Positions 11,640-23,849 of a DNA stretch of 64,000 nt are shown here, in pieces. A model generated the notes under the pieces. The model was not told where the DNA came from and ran no database searches. It saw nothing but the letters and a program-made list of their open reading frames with translations. Source of the DNA: Macrostomum lignano (Eukaryota); assembly GCA_002269645.1 (NCBI GenBank), contig NIVC01001512.1, positions 186,001 to 250,000 on the forward strand. The letters are read 5' to 3'. The translations under genes and the position numbers were made by a program. The stretch's first letter is position 1. The number at the start of each line of letters is the position of its first letter.

Positions 11640-12281
11640 CCGACAAGGCGGTGGGAGTTCGGCTTCCTGCCGTGCAACCCGGCCCGGCTGTGCAAGTGCT
11701 GCCAGGCGCACGCCAGATTCACCTCCGTCTGCCCGGGATCCGCGTCCACGACCGTCAAGATCACCATCAGCCAGAGGATCGACTGCAACTCGGTCAACGC
11801 TGTCTACACCGTGTTCTGCCGCCGCTGCAGCTGCACGGTCTACGTCGGCGAGACGGTCAACAGCATCCGGGCCAGCATGCTAGCGCACGTCGGCGACATC
11901 AGGCACGCACGCGACACTCCGGTGGCCCGCCACTTCAGCAACGATGGCCATAGTCTCGAGGACTTTGCCTTCACCGGAGTGTGGACGCGGGACGGCTCTG
12001 GACCCAAGGCCAATGAACGACGTCAACGCCAGGAGGCCAAACTCATCGCGGTCCTGAAAACTCTGGTCCCACATGGCGCCAACGAGCTGGCCGGGGTGCT
12101 GCACAATCCGGCGATCCCACTGATTGTGCCGCACTGCGCTGGGTCAGACACCCTGGTTGCCAAGGTGAGGGACGGCGTGGCACAGCACTGCGATGCCCCT
12201 GTACTGCCGGCCTTCACTAAAGGGAGGAGCCTTCGGGATCTACTCTGCCACAGCCAGCTCGAACCAGCTTCTGCCAATTGA
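11640..12281 (+). CDS. Penelope-type GIY-YIG endonuclease domain (5'-truncated, no RT)
   Basis: CNPARLCKCC..CNSVNAVYTVFCRRCSCTVYVGETVNSIRASMLAH..PVARHF..GHS..RQRQEAKLIAVLKTLVPHGAN follows the PLE GIY-YIG pattern. Confidence 0.85.
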   Translation, partial: PTRRWEFGFLPCNPARLCKCCQAHARFTSVCPGSASTTVKITISQRIDCNSVNAVYTVFCRRCSCTVYVGETVNSIRASMLAHVGDIRHARDTPVARHFSNDGHSLEDFAFTGVWTRDGSGPKANERRQRQEAKLIAVLKTLVPHGANELAGVLHNPAIPLIVPHCAGSDTLVAKVRDGVAQHCDAPVLPAFTKGRSLRDLLCHSQLEPASAN

Positions 12282-12695
12282 GATCAGCTGTACAAAGGCT
12301 CCTTTACTGCTATTTTCCCCTCTGTGATTTTTCATTGACTTTATTTCGATTTATTCAGATTATTTATTTTCTGCTTTTTATTCATTTTTCTGACACTGTG
12401 TACGGTGCACCTGCATTTTTGCTCTGAGCATTTAATAATTATTTTTATTTACCTTACCTATTTATTTCGCCATTTATTTTTGCAATTTTTATTCTACACT
12501 TAAAGGTCGTCTAGGCCCAATTGTACAGTTTTAGCCACCCCCCGCTTTTCTCATAGTCTCGGACTCGTTTTAATGTACTGACCATGCGTACTGTTTTAAG
12601 TGCTTGAGCACATCAATTTATCGATCGTCTCTCCCTGGCGATATCGCCTTTATATATTGACGGCAATTCGCGCCAAATAAACTTCACTCGCTTGC

Positions 12696-12732
12696 AGCCC
12701 TGACGAAGAAATTTGATTTCGAAATATCGGCT
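12696..12732 (+). ncRNA. Minimal type I hammerhead ribozyme
   Basis: Stem I AGCC/GGCT, core CTGACGA, stem II GAAAT-ttg-ATTTC, GAAA, short palindromic stem III, ATC cleavage triplet (cut after 12728). Confidence 0.75.
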
Positions 12733-14539
12733 ACTCAATTTAAATTGACTTTTTTCAGTCCTTTCTGACTTTCTACCGTGTCAGTGCCCGAGATTGGAGG
12801 CGCCCTCCTCTCTCTCTCTCTCTCTCCCTCTCTATCTCTCTGTCTCTCTGTCTTTCTCTCTTATCTTTCCTCCTCTTTCTACTCTCTCCTCTTTCCTCTC
12901 CTCTCTCCTCATTCACTTCTCTACCTTTGTCTCTCATCTCTTCTCTTGTCTCTATAATCTCTCCTCTGTTCTCTCTACTCTCCCATCTTTCATCTGTTCA
13001 CTCTTGTCTCTGCTTTCTCACCCCCCTCCTTGATCTGGCATCTATGTCTTATATGTTCTCTCACCTCTCTCCTCTGTACTCTTTTCTTTCCCCTCTTTTG
13101 ACTCCTCACTTTCCTTTCTCCTTTCTTCTTTTCTCTTCTCTTCCCTTTTCTATACTTTCTTTCCCTCTCTTCTCTCCTCTCCTCTTTATCTCTCATCTCT
13201 TATTTCTCATCTCTCCTTCCACCTCTCTCATCTCTACAACCTTAGAGATGTAGAGATGTATCTTTATCTCTTCTCTCTTCCCTTTACTCTCTTATCTCTT
13301 CTTTCACTTGTTCCTCTCTGCTCTTCTCTCTGCTATCTCCCCTCTCCTCTCATCTGCAGCTCTCTGCTCTCTCATCTTTACTCTCTCCCCTTTTCTCCCC
13401 CTCTCTCTCATCGTCCTCACCCCCTCATCTCTCTTATTATCTTTTATATTTTCTTTTATCCCCTCTATCGCCTCTCCTCTCTTTGAATCGTCTATTCCTT
13501 CTTCTTTCCACTCTCATCTGCCCCTCAGCCATAAGCTGGATTCTTTATCTGGCCTTTGAGGTAAAAGTCTGCCCATCCCTGCTTGGAAAGCCAGTTTGTG
13601 GGATGTAGTACTCTCATGGTTGTTCTTATGCTTTGATCACGTCATCTTTCTTGCCAATTTGCAGCCCTGAAAGGAATTTGTGTATCTTCAGCTCCACTGT
13701 AGTCTGCATCAGTCTAACAGTAACAACCAAGGAAATACGCATTTCTTAGGAGGCTCTTTTGGCTTTTTGCTTTTATAAACCATGCTGGATTCCCAATTTC
13801 CCTCGATTTGCCAATTGCCATCCACTGTTAAACTGCTGCAGTGTGCTAATACAGAGGGCAGAATTTCTCACTAAACTGTTATGGCTGAACGTAGCCTCTC
13901 CACTCTCGGGGGTGCAGAGAAAGCTAAATAAAGTTGTTCCAAAACACTGTACATTGCCATGTACATTCATTTCTATTGCCTAACCCTTTGTCTAGCTTTG
14001 CCTCTGGGGGAATGAATGAGTGAGTGGCACAAACAACAGAAAAAGCAGACAAACTTCATATGCTTACAGTTTCTTTTTCAGTTGAGTTACAGAGTTGAAA
14101 CTTTACATTTAGATAGATAATGAGTCAATAAAGAATTGTGTCAAGTTTGAAGTCAATCACTTCACGTGGAGTAAACTTATGGCAGCTGAAATGTTTGTCA
14201 ATTTTGAAACCCTTTTACATACCTAGGCCCAGATCGGAATCGGGAAATAGAGGCAGGCGGGTGGAGGTTGGGGTGGCTGTCTCGCTGACAAAAAATAGCC
14301 TAACTTTAAAAGTGCACAACGTTGTTCAGGATTAACTTTGAGACTCAAAATTTTATATGATTGTGCCAAAATAGTTGAAAATTGTCTGTGTCAAATTAGA
14401 AGAGAATCGGTAGAAGTGGAGCGGCGCTATGGAGCATTTAGTAAAAAAATTGCGCATTTTGAGCAGTTTTTTGTACTTTTAGGTAGGAAGACTTGAGTCT
14501 AGGAAATTTAAAGGTAGCCTAGGACATTCTCCGTAGTAA

Positions 14540-14652
14540 GTTTAGGGTAGGTGCAAAATTTGGTGTCATTTGGTTCAGGCGGTTTGGGAGTCCATAGCAA
14601 TCAAAACTGTCCACACACAGACACACAAAGTTTTGATTTTTATATGTAGAGA
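14540..14652. mobile_element. Possible Helentron/HINE-like terminus remnant
   Basis: caaaatttggtgtcatttggttcaggcggtttgggagt...cacacagacacacaaag..ttttatatgtagagat resembles HINE 3' ends, recognised by eye. Confidence 0.3.
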
Positions 14653-15149
14653 TGATCTGAAGTATAGAATGCAGTAGAGATAGGCTATCTCTAGATAAGC
14701 CTAGTAACATTAGCTAGCCAATGTTTGCCAGTGGGAAATTTGACAGCTAGACATTTGTAGATGGCAATTGCATAAAGAATTATAGGTAACAAGTCAATTT
14801 GCCAAAAGTTGATTTGCTAAAAGTTAGGCTCTATTTTGCAAAATAAATAAACAACAAACAAATAAATAAAATGAACAAATAAAGAAAAGAAATATTAACT
14901 ATTAAAATATAAAATGTCATAATGTGAAAAATCAATCAATGACCCAAATTACAATCGAAAATAAAATTTAGCATGTTAAATGTTAAAAAATGTAAAATGT
15001 CAAAATCAATCAATGATCCCAATAACAAATAAATATAAATGTAGAATGTTTAATGTCAAAATTTAGATGTTAAAATTGTCTTTCCGAGGGATTACATTGC
15101 AAAATAGTACAACATTGTCAACTGCATTATTGAAGTTAGCAACCGGAAC

Positions 15150-15370
15150 TTTTGCCACCAAGTTATCATTGAAGTCATTTGCTCCAACTTCTGCTACCAA
15201 GTCCTCGTTGAAATCATTAGCATCAACCCTAGCTATAGCCAGAGCTTTTACTACCAAGTCCTTATTGAAGTCATTGCGTTGACTCTAGCTATAGCTGGAG
15301 CTTCTGCTACCAAGTCCTTGTTGAAATCATTGGTAGTGCCTCTAGCTACAGCTGGAGCTTTTGCTGCCAA
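15150..15370. repeat. Degenerate ~60-bp tandem repeat
   Basis: Recurring accaagtcctt(g/a)ttgaa(a/g)tcatt...ctagctatagctggagcttctgct. Confidence 0.55.
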
Positions 15371-16187
15371 GCCAGCTATGCAATTGTGACATTTCCAATC
15401 AAATATTGCCTGCCACATCAACTATTGGTATTGCTACTGTTGAAGCCACTGTTGCACTTATGATGTTGCCAGGAACCACAGTTGCATTGTAGTACCTACT
15501 GCCATATAGACATGCACTTCTGACATACAGCATTGATCTATTGCTGTTTAATAATAGAACACTGCATATGCACCTAGTTGTTTTTATGTTAGCGGTACAC
15601 TGCCAACAAAGCTTATAACAAATGCATATTGCAGAGAGAAGTAGTTGCTTGCTGCTAGTGAATCTACATATATGTATAGTAATTGGTCATGAGTCTAAGT
15701 AGTAAAAGAAGGGCAGAAAGGGGTTGAGTGGGTCCCACTTTGGCTATTATAATATGCAAAAGTAGGAAAGAAACATATTGTATATAGCATGTGGCAGTTG
15801 TTGCGCAAAAAATATTCTCCTTGTATTTTGTTTTCATATATAAAAAACTAAAAAATCAAACTTATAACCTTACTGTTAAGTCTAAAGATTGCAGTTTAAG
15901 CTAAGAAAATATATATATAGGCCCAAACTGGCCAAGTTAAAGATGATGTATATCCTAAAATAATCTATAATATAAAATATAATCTTAATATAATCCTAAT
16001 ATACTAAATCTCTAAGGTTTGTTTATATGTTTAAATGGGGTTCTAAAAATGAGCAATACAATGTATATGAATCATGCTAACCAAGATGTACATTTACAAT
16101 AGAATATAACTCACTCACTTAGAACAGTGAGTGATACAGTATATCACTTTTGAATTGGTAGATATATCAGTTTCACGATCAGTAGGT

Positions 16188-16526
16188 TTCATATATGCCT
16201 AACACCTATCCAACCTATCCAAACTAGCTGGATAGGTGAAATGGCTACTGGCCAAGGTAAGTTGCAAAATCAAAAATGCAAAAAAAAACAATTGGGGGGG
16301 GGGGAAAGAAGAGAAAGATAAAAGGAAAAGAAAAGAAGGAAATGAAAGAGAAATGAAGAAGGAACAAGAAAGAAAAAAGAGAAAATGGCAAGAAAAGTCA
16401 TATACAAAGTTAAAATTAAGTTGCAATCAGGGGAACTAAGTCGCAATTGGGAGGAACTAAGTTGCAAATCTGGACAAAATCAAGTCACACTAGATGGGTA
16501 AAATTTTGAGGTTGGACATGTATGGT
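16188..16526. mobile_element. MITE-like element with ACCATACATG-type TIRs
   Basis: tcatatatgcctaacacc ... aggttggacatgtatggt; an uninterrupted relative of 6262-9000. Confidence 0.5.
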
Positions 16527-18649
16527 AGGTTTTTGGCAAATCAACTTTTGTCAAAAAGGTCTTTGGTGAATTATCTAGTATTTGAATTATGCCTTCTCTT
16601 GTCTAGGCTTATATTTATATATACTTGTATTAAAAATTGCAAATAGCACCAATCTGATCCTGCCTCATTCCCTATTACTGCTATTGAATATATAGGCTAT
16701 TGATGACAAACCCCTATTGGAATAAGTGTAGAAAACCTGCAGACATATGACATAGGGTCTAGGGTCTAAAATTATAGCTAAAAATATAACACAATGCAAA
16801 ACATTAACTTTCTCACCAAATATAGGCATAGTACTAATTAGATGATGAAGCATTTAGTCTTAACAAGACAGTCATAGTTACTCTTGCCCTTTATCCAAAA
16901 CCACACTGTGCTGCAACATTGTTGCCTTGACTCTAGCTGCAACATCCTACTAGAAAATTCCAAAATTGCAATAAATGGTTGGATACCTTTTGTTCACTTA
17001 ATCCAAAAGGGTAACAAACTACTGCTCATTAGAATGCTTTTTATCTTCTTGATATTTTGGCTAGGGTTTAAAAATGGGTACCAAAGTAACTAATGTAATC
17101 AAAATTTCTTTTTCAGGCAGTGAAAAATTTTATATTAAAATGTTTGCATTGTTTGTTACTTTTGACTATTATTTTTGTATATATAAAAGTTCTAAAATAA
17201 AATCTATATAAAGTATGCAGTTCATATAATAGTAGGAAACAAGGTGGGATTAAATTGGTGCAATGTCTATAGTTTTCAAATGAAAGTACATGTAAGCCTA
17301 AAGAAGGCTTAACCTTCTTAAAGGTTATCCTTAACCAATCCTTAACCAATTGTTATTTGCAAATGTCTGGCTAGCAAACATTGGTAGCAAATGTCTAGCT
17401 GGCAAATGTCGTAGAACCAATGCAGTGGCATAAACAAAGGGGATAAAGGGATATACCTTTGTGTGGCTATGGGTACAATGGATAATATATTACTATGCAT
17501 GTAATTTTTATGAAAATTACCTTCTGCAATAGTAATAAGCAGTAATCTTACCTTTTGTATCTTTTAGCCCCATGAAAAATTTCTAGCTATATGCTTGACT
17601 AGTCTGACCTAATTTATCATTTTAGCTTTTTAACCTTAATTTAAATTGATAAAAATAAATATAATATTAACAAAATAGATATAGAATAAATATTTTAAAT
17701 ATTCAGAATTGAATTTAAATTGACCAAATATTCAGTTCAAATTAGAATTGGAAAGTTAACAATCAAAAGCTAAATAGTTGCTTTGATATGGGGTAAAGAT
17801 TTTAGACAAGTCAAGAATTAAGTATTGATATTATGGCTCATAAATAAAAGGAAAAATTAGAAATAAATATGAATTCTAGCATTAAGGACTAAGAAGTTTG
17901 TGTTTGAAAAGTCAAAAAGTGTTGGGGGTTGTAGCCTTATGACTCATAAATAAGAAAAGTAATTAAGGATAGGATAATATGTGGATGCTTGAGATGCAAG
18001 CATGTTGTGCTCAGATTAAATACTGAGGCTTTAGGATACTTTGAAGCTTTATAAGAAGTGGAGCATTAAGAATATAGTTTATAGAACATTGATTTAGGAG
18101 CACTGATTATTATAAACTTAGAGATTGGTTTGGCATTTGGTCTAGGTGCATTTCATTAGACAAGAAGATGCAAGCCTATTGGTAAAGGCTGGCTAAAAAG
18201 AAAAGGGCTGAATATTAAATACCATATATAGCATGTGGAAGGGTGGCTTCTAATGTAGAAGTCTATTATAACACTAATTTATCACTACCCTAGTAGGCTA
18301 TAAGTTTTTGCTAGCATTAAGATGCAAAGTTAAATCTAATGTCCAATTTTAGGATATGATTTGGTAAGTAAAAATCTTATATAGTATTCCTATTTTATTT
18401 TAAAACCTAAAAATTGCATTGCTTTTATTAAAATGCTAAATTGCATTCAAAGTCTAATTTAAGAATGCATTTTTGAAAATTAGGATGCTCTACCTTATAG
18501 TATCCTTATTGCACAAAATCTAAACCTAGTGACTATAATTTAGGGTCTAATAGAACTCAGTTGTATGTTTTGTATATAAGAAAGACTTTTTGACTTAATA
18601 TAAATTATTCTTGACATACTTAGTTAAAATAAGAATCAGTTATAATAAG

Positions 18650-19520
18650 AATAAAAGGGAAGCAACCTAACCACCCTAAGACTTTAAGAGAGAAGCAAAC
18701 TGACCCTAAGACTCTAAGAAGGAAGCACAGATACTAGAATAACTAGATAGGCCACTCAGCAAATTTGCATGCCAGCTACTTTCAGTTCAGTAGTAAGTTA
18801 AACAGAAGCATTCTAATGTATTTTTAAAGACAAAGCTTATTTATTGGCTCTAACCCTTCCCAAGCTATTAAACCCTCAAACTCCTCATAGAACCTCTACC
18901 CCCAGCCCGCGACCTTATTTTATTACCTTCTTTGGTTGTTCCAGCCTAAATCTGCCTTGTACATTTCAGTGGCCAATGTAAATTTTGGCTGAACTAATTA
19001 GCTAGCTGTTTACGTCTGCAAGCTTGGGCTTCTAAACTTATCAAAGTCATTTCAGCTGCCTTATTCTTATAAAATAGCTTATGTATTCTTCTTTGCTACT
19101 AAACTGAAAGTAGAAAGCTCTTCTGCCAAGTATAAATGCCAGAGTGGACCATCTAGTTATTCTAGTATCTGTGGAAGGAAGCAACCTAACCTTAAGACTC
19201 TAAGAAGGAAGAAAACTGACCCTAAAACTCTAAAAGGAAAGCAAATTGACCCTAAGACTCTAAGAAGGAAGCAGCCTAGTCTTATGACTCTAAGAGGGAA
19301 GCAACCCGATTGTAAGACTCTAAGAGGAAAGCAACCCAACCCTAAGACTCTAAGAAAGAAGCAAACTGACTTTAAGACTCAAAGGGGGAAGCAAACTGAC
19401 CCTAAAACTCTAAGAGGGAAGCAACCCAAGCCTAAGACTCTAAGAGGGAAGCAACCCAATTGTAAGACTCTAAAAGGGACGCAACCCAATTGTAAGACTC
19501 GTAAGAGGGAAGCAACCCCC
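18650..19520. repeat. 30-bp minisatellite interrupted by a MITE
   Basis: Units of gactctaagagggaagcaacccaaccctaa on both sides of 18726-19173. Confidence 0.88.
18726..19173. mobile_element. MITE, CAC...GTG family (copy 2)
   Basis: TIR cacagatactagaataactagat / atctagttattctagtatctgtg; perfect 8-bp TSD GAAGGAAG. Confidence 0.9.
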
Positions 19521-19777
19521 TTGTAACTAGCTACTGGTGTCACGGTATTTTTAGTCTAATTGTTTCATGCTTTAAGTGATTCAGCGCCTGATCTGGAGTA
19601 TCTGATAATGACTAAGAATTCTACCCTTGAAGGTTTGCACTGGAAGTTTCTGTTCGTGTCAATCATTGCTATTTATCAGATACAACAAAGCGTGTACCTA
19701 ATACCCACTTTATTATCTAGGCAGCAAAATTCAGACTATTAGGCCTTAAAATGCCCTGATTTCACACTGCTTCTGCC

Positions 19778-19836
19778 TCAGCCAATGATAAACTTACAGT
19801 CGAATTCGTACGCTCACAGCTGCATTCAGCCAATAG
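19778..19836 (+). promoter_or_regulatory. Paired CCAAT boxes, candidate promoter of the MYND gene
   Basis: cagccaatga (19782) and cagccaatag (19830), 260-310 bp upstream of ATG 20090. Confidence 0.3.
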
Positions 19837-20089
19837 GAATCCACAATGACTAAGGGGGGTTGGGACACGCTTGTGTATTTATTGTAGCTAGAAATCTGGC
19901 AGTTATCTGCTAAAACTGAATTAGCCCAATACCATACAACTTAAATCTCAAATTCAATTAGAAAAACTAACTCCAATTTTCCAGGCTCAACTAGCGAGCG
20001 AGTCGCTGTTTGAGTATATTAGAAGACGCCCCGAGAGGGACAGTGCAGTTGTCTAATAAAGAATTCGCATCCTTGACGTTGCTAACGGC

Positions 20090-20344
20090 ATGAACGAGGC
20101 CGCCGAGTCCGAGGAGACCGCCATCGCCAATTTGTCTTGGCCAGATCGGCCTGATAATTTCTATTTTCATTTCGCCTGTCAGCTATGCAAAACAGTCTGT
20201 CAGCCGCCTGCTAGCGATTCTAATTCGTCTAGTTCCAGCTCTGGCAATAGCAGGGAGCGAAGATGCAATCGCTGCAAATTAGTTGTCTATTGTTGCCAAG
20301 CGCATAGGCGTCTGGATAAGCCTGCGCATCGGTCATTCTGCCAG
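20090..20344 (+). CDS. Twin-MYND/MSS51-like zinc-finger gene, exon 1 (MYND finger 1)
   Basis: CQLC..CNRCKLVVYCCQAHRRLDKPAHRSFCQ; donor CAG|gtgagg. Confidence 0.8.
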
Positions 20345-20439
20345 GTGAGGATCTGTTACATTTACATCATCTGTTCCTAGCGGCTTGGTAGACTCTGGGA
20401 TAACTCTATGCGTCTCTCAGTCTCACCCTCAATGTCCCT

Positions 20440-20700
20440 GAATTACCCTCAGTGCCCCCGTTGCTTACCCTCGGTGCCCCTGTTGCTTACCCTCGGTGCC
20501 CCTGTTGCTTACCCTCACCCTGTTGCTTACCTCGGTGCCCCTGTTGCTTACCCTCGGTGCCCTTGTTGCTTCCTTGTTGCTTCCAGTGTCCCTGTTAGTG
20601 TTATCCCTGGTGTCCCTGTTACTTACTTCCGGTGCCCCTGTTACTTCGGTACCCCTGTTACCCCGGTACCCCTGTTACCCCAGGTGCCCCTGTTACTGAC
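20440..20700. repeat. ~22-bp minisatellite in MYND intron 1
   Basis: cctcggtgcccctgttgcttac units. Confidence 0.85.
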
Positions 20701-20796
20701 CGTGAATAAGTGAAGTAGCTTTCTATTATATATTCAATACACGCATAGGTGTACCAAGCGCCACATGGCACACACTTATTCACTGCACCCTCTCAG

Positions 20797-21191
20797 GCTG
20801 TCAGGCGGCACCGCAAGCAGCTTGTGTCCGGGGCCGGCCTATTCTCGGACGCCAAAGGCCTTGATGCCGCGGAGTTTTGGCGACTTCGCCAAAGAAAAAT
20901 AGCCAGCATTGTTGATCTGCTTGGCCGCCAGTTGGCGCCGTGGGAGCGCCAGGCGCTAATCTATCCGCGCCTGTGCTGCATTTGCTACAGCGATCGAAGG
21001 CTGAGCCTGTGCCCCGTGTGCTTGTCCGCCGCCTACTGCTGCCCGGAGCACCGGCGACAGCACGAGGCCGCGCACCGGGGCAACGCAGTCTCGCATACTA
21101 AACTATTCAACGCCTACCTGTTGCTGAGAGAGTTGCATTTCAACGGCTTGCCAGATCCGCCGCTGTGTGTCTATCAGCCTAGGGTGGACAG
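20797..21191 (+). CDS. Twin-MYND/MSS51-like gene, exon 2 (MYND finger 2)
   Basis: Acceptor ctctcag; LGRQLAPWERQALIYPRLCCICYSDRRLSLCPVCLSAAYCCPEH; donor AG|gtgagt, phase 2. Confidence 0.8.
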
Positions 21192-21228
21192 GTGAGTAGT
21201 TGGGATTCCTAGGAAATATATGCGCTAT

Positions 21229-21292
21229 GGGTAAACGACAGGAGTAACTTTAACCATCCTACAGTACACAAATGCATCGTCACCTAATTAGT
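21229..21292 (+). pseudogene. Second decayed 28S rRNA fragment (same segment)
   Basis: gggtaaacgacaggagtaact...aaatgcatcgtcacctaattagt. Confidence 0.65.
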
Positions 21293-21749
21293 ACAACTAC
21301 CTGTATAAAGCTTCATTTAGTTATCTTTCAATTAAACTATAAAAATATCTAATTAAGAGCTCATTAAGTAAGATTACTGAGCAGACGAATGGCACATTTA
21401 TTCGTCTTCCGATATTAGACATGAATTCCCCATTTTGTCCTCTTTTTATCCCCTCTGGGAGCTCATGGGCGGAGCTTTGATGGGATGTCTCGGCCTTTTG
21501 AGCTTAACTTAACTGAATTAACTTATTATCTGACATCCCCTTACCATATGGTACCCCATCTCATGATTCTTGTTGCTGGTGCACTAAAATCCCTATATTA
21601 ATATAGCTTTGTAGTTTTTCTTGGCGAAGTCATAGGACCGAGATTTCACAATGCCGAAATAATTATATTAATTGATTACACCTGCCATAATGGCCAGATG
21701 TGCAACCGACAGCTCAGCCGCAGCTATTGCGCGGCGCATCTGCAGGCTG

Positions 21750-21951
21750 CGTACGGCTGTTCAGTCCAAGGACTGGGGGGGGGTCGCCACACACAGTCTC
21801 AATTACCCCAGCTACCCATTTTACAGCTGGGTAAACTGAAGCAATGCAGAGTTAGAGTTAAGTGTCTTGCATATTGTGTCCCAGTGGGTAGAGAATCGAA
21901 CCCCCGACCTTTCAGTCGCGAGTGCTACGCTCTAACCACTAGGCTACAACC
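21750..21951 (-). mobile_element. tRNA-derived CORE-like SINE
   Basis: Reverse complement: ggttgtagcctagtggttagagc..ggttcgattctc..caagacacttaac..ttcagtttacccagctgtaaaatggg (MIR/CORE-like). Confidence 0.8.
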
Positions 21952-22464
21952 AACCAACGAAACTTGATAAGGTCGAAAGTTCACATCGTAGAAAACCTAA
22001 TATAACAAGAACTGCTTGATATCTTATCTTTAAGAATTTCAATTCAACCATAATGTTAAAAAAGAGAACACGATTTGTGGGAATGAACGATAGAGAAACT
22101 TGCCGCACACTCGCTCCGAGCTATTTTTAGATGCTGTCCAAGTCGTGGGCGGGCCTGTGCTGTTTAGTATTTGACTGTTATTTCTGTTATTGTTAAGAAT
22201 GGAAGATAAACATTAGGGCTTTCCCACGCTTTACACGCTGCGTTCTGTCTTGTTCTTGGGTCGTAAGACTCCCTCCCTCTTCCGAGAAATAAAAAACTAT
22301 GTTTTTAAGTTTACATAAGACATAAAGTGAAAAAAAATAATTGAACACTTTTAAATAAATGTTATGTTAAATGAGACATTAATCATTGTTTTAATACGGA
22401 ATGCTATTTTTGCATTTTCTAATCATGATTTTGTAATGTGTATACAATAGGTTTGATTGATAGC

Positions 22465-23010
22465 TACCCCCTTGGACCCTCAGTGGGGGCTGGGTTGCTA
22501 CCCTACCCCCTCGGACCCTCAGTGAGGGCCCGCTACCCCCTCGGAACCTCAGTGAGGGCCCGCTACCCCCTCGGAACCTCAGTGAGGGCCCGCTACCCCC
22601 TCGGACCCTCAGTGAGGGCCCGCTACCCCTCGGACCCTCAGTGAGGGCCCGCTACCCCCTCGGAACCTCAGTGAGGGCCCGCTACCCCCTCGGACCCTCA
22701 GTGAGGGGCCCGCTACCCCCTCGGACCCTCAGTGAGGGCCCGCTACCCCCTCGGACCCTCAGTGAGGGCCCGCTACCCCCTCGGACCCTCAGTGGGGGCT
22801 GGGCTGCTACCCTACCCCCTCGGACCCTCAGTGAGGGCCTGCTTCCCCATTGGACCCTCAGTGAGGGCCCGCTACCTCCTCGGACCCTCAGTGAGGGCCC
22901 GCTACCCCCTCGGACCCTCAGTGAGGGCCCGCTACCCCCTCGGACCCTCAGTGAGAGCCCGCTACCTCCTCGGACCCTCAGTGAGGGGCCTGCTACCTCC
23001 TCGGACCTCA
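22465..23010. repeat. 30-bp GC-rich minisatellite
   Basis: ccccctcggaccctcagtgagggcccgcta units. Confidence 0.92.
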
Positions 23011-23849
23011 GTTAAAATCGCTTCTCTGTTTTTTTTTCTGCCGCGCGGACAGATTTTGGCTTCGAGTCTTCCTTCCAATCTAAGCGAATCTGTTTAGGAA
23101 TAAAAGTCCATGGCCCAGGCGGAGGGAGCGAGGGCCGCACTGAATGGCGGACAAACAAAGAAATTTATGAATTGCGCCGTTGATGCTTTACGTTTAGCAC
23201 TTGGCGATAAACTATATATATATATATATATATATACATGTGGGCTATAAATTGCTAGAAATGAAAATAATGCTAATAAGTGCCGGCGCACCGTGTCTTT
23301 ATTGCATGCCAGGCCATTGCTTGTTCAGTGCGTGGGTGGGTGGGGCTGAGTCACAGCCTCAGCGGGACAGGGAGAGGCGTGGGTGAGAGAGACGAAGTCG
23401 TGTTGCTGTAGGTAGTGTAGCAGAACCAAGCACGCTAAGTTCTCTCTGGTTTGGAGAAAACTCCTCCTAGTTCCGCCTTGGGGCTGGAGTGTAGTGTGCG
23501 AGAAGGGGGTCTCGCAATCCAAAAAAGGCTGGCCTTTTTGGCATTCTGCCATGCAGGCCAATTTTAGCCCCAAAAAGTTTTTATCTATCTAAGCCGTTGA
23601 ACAGCAGTAATTCTTCATTTATTATTGTTTATCCAATTCTATTGTAAACTTTGCTATTGACTTCAGTAGTGGCCTTTCTAATACTTGCTGACGTATGGAG
23701 GCAAAGTTTTTCTATTATTGTAAATTGCCGAATTTGGCCTGCCGCACCACTGGTTTAAGCTGACCTCCAGATTTATGCCCGGGTCACCGTTGACGTAGAC
23801 TTTAGATAGCTGCTGCTACCCCAGTCCCCTTCGGGTGTCCGCATCTATG

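Larger units (their letters stand above)
11640..12805 (+). mobile_element. 5'-truncated Penelope-like retroelement
   Basis: GIY-YIG ORF, 3' hammerhead ribozyme, and a >55-bp duplication of the flanking CT-rich target. Confidence 0.8.
11040..13500. repeat. CT-rich low-complexity tract with (CT)n microsatellite, split by the Penelope-like insertion
   Basis: Almost purely pyrimidine on the + strand at 11040-11639 and 12806-13500. Confidence 0.9.
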
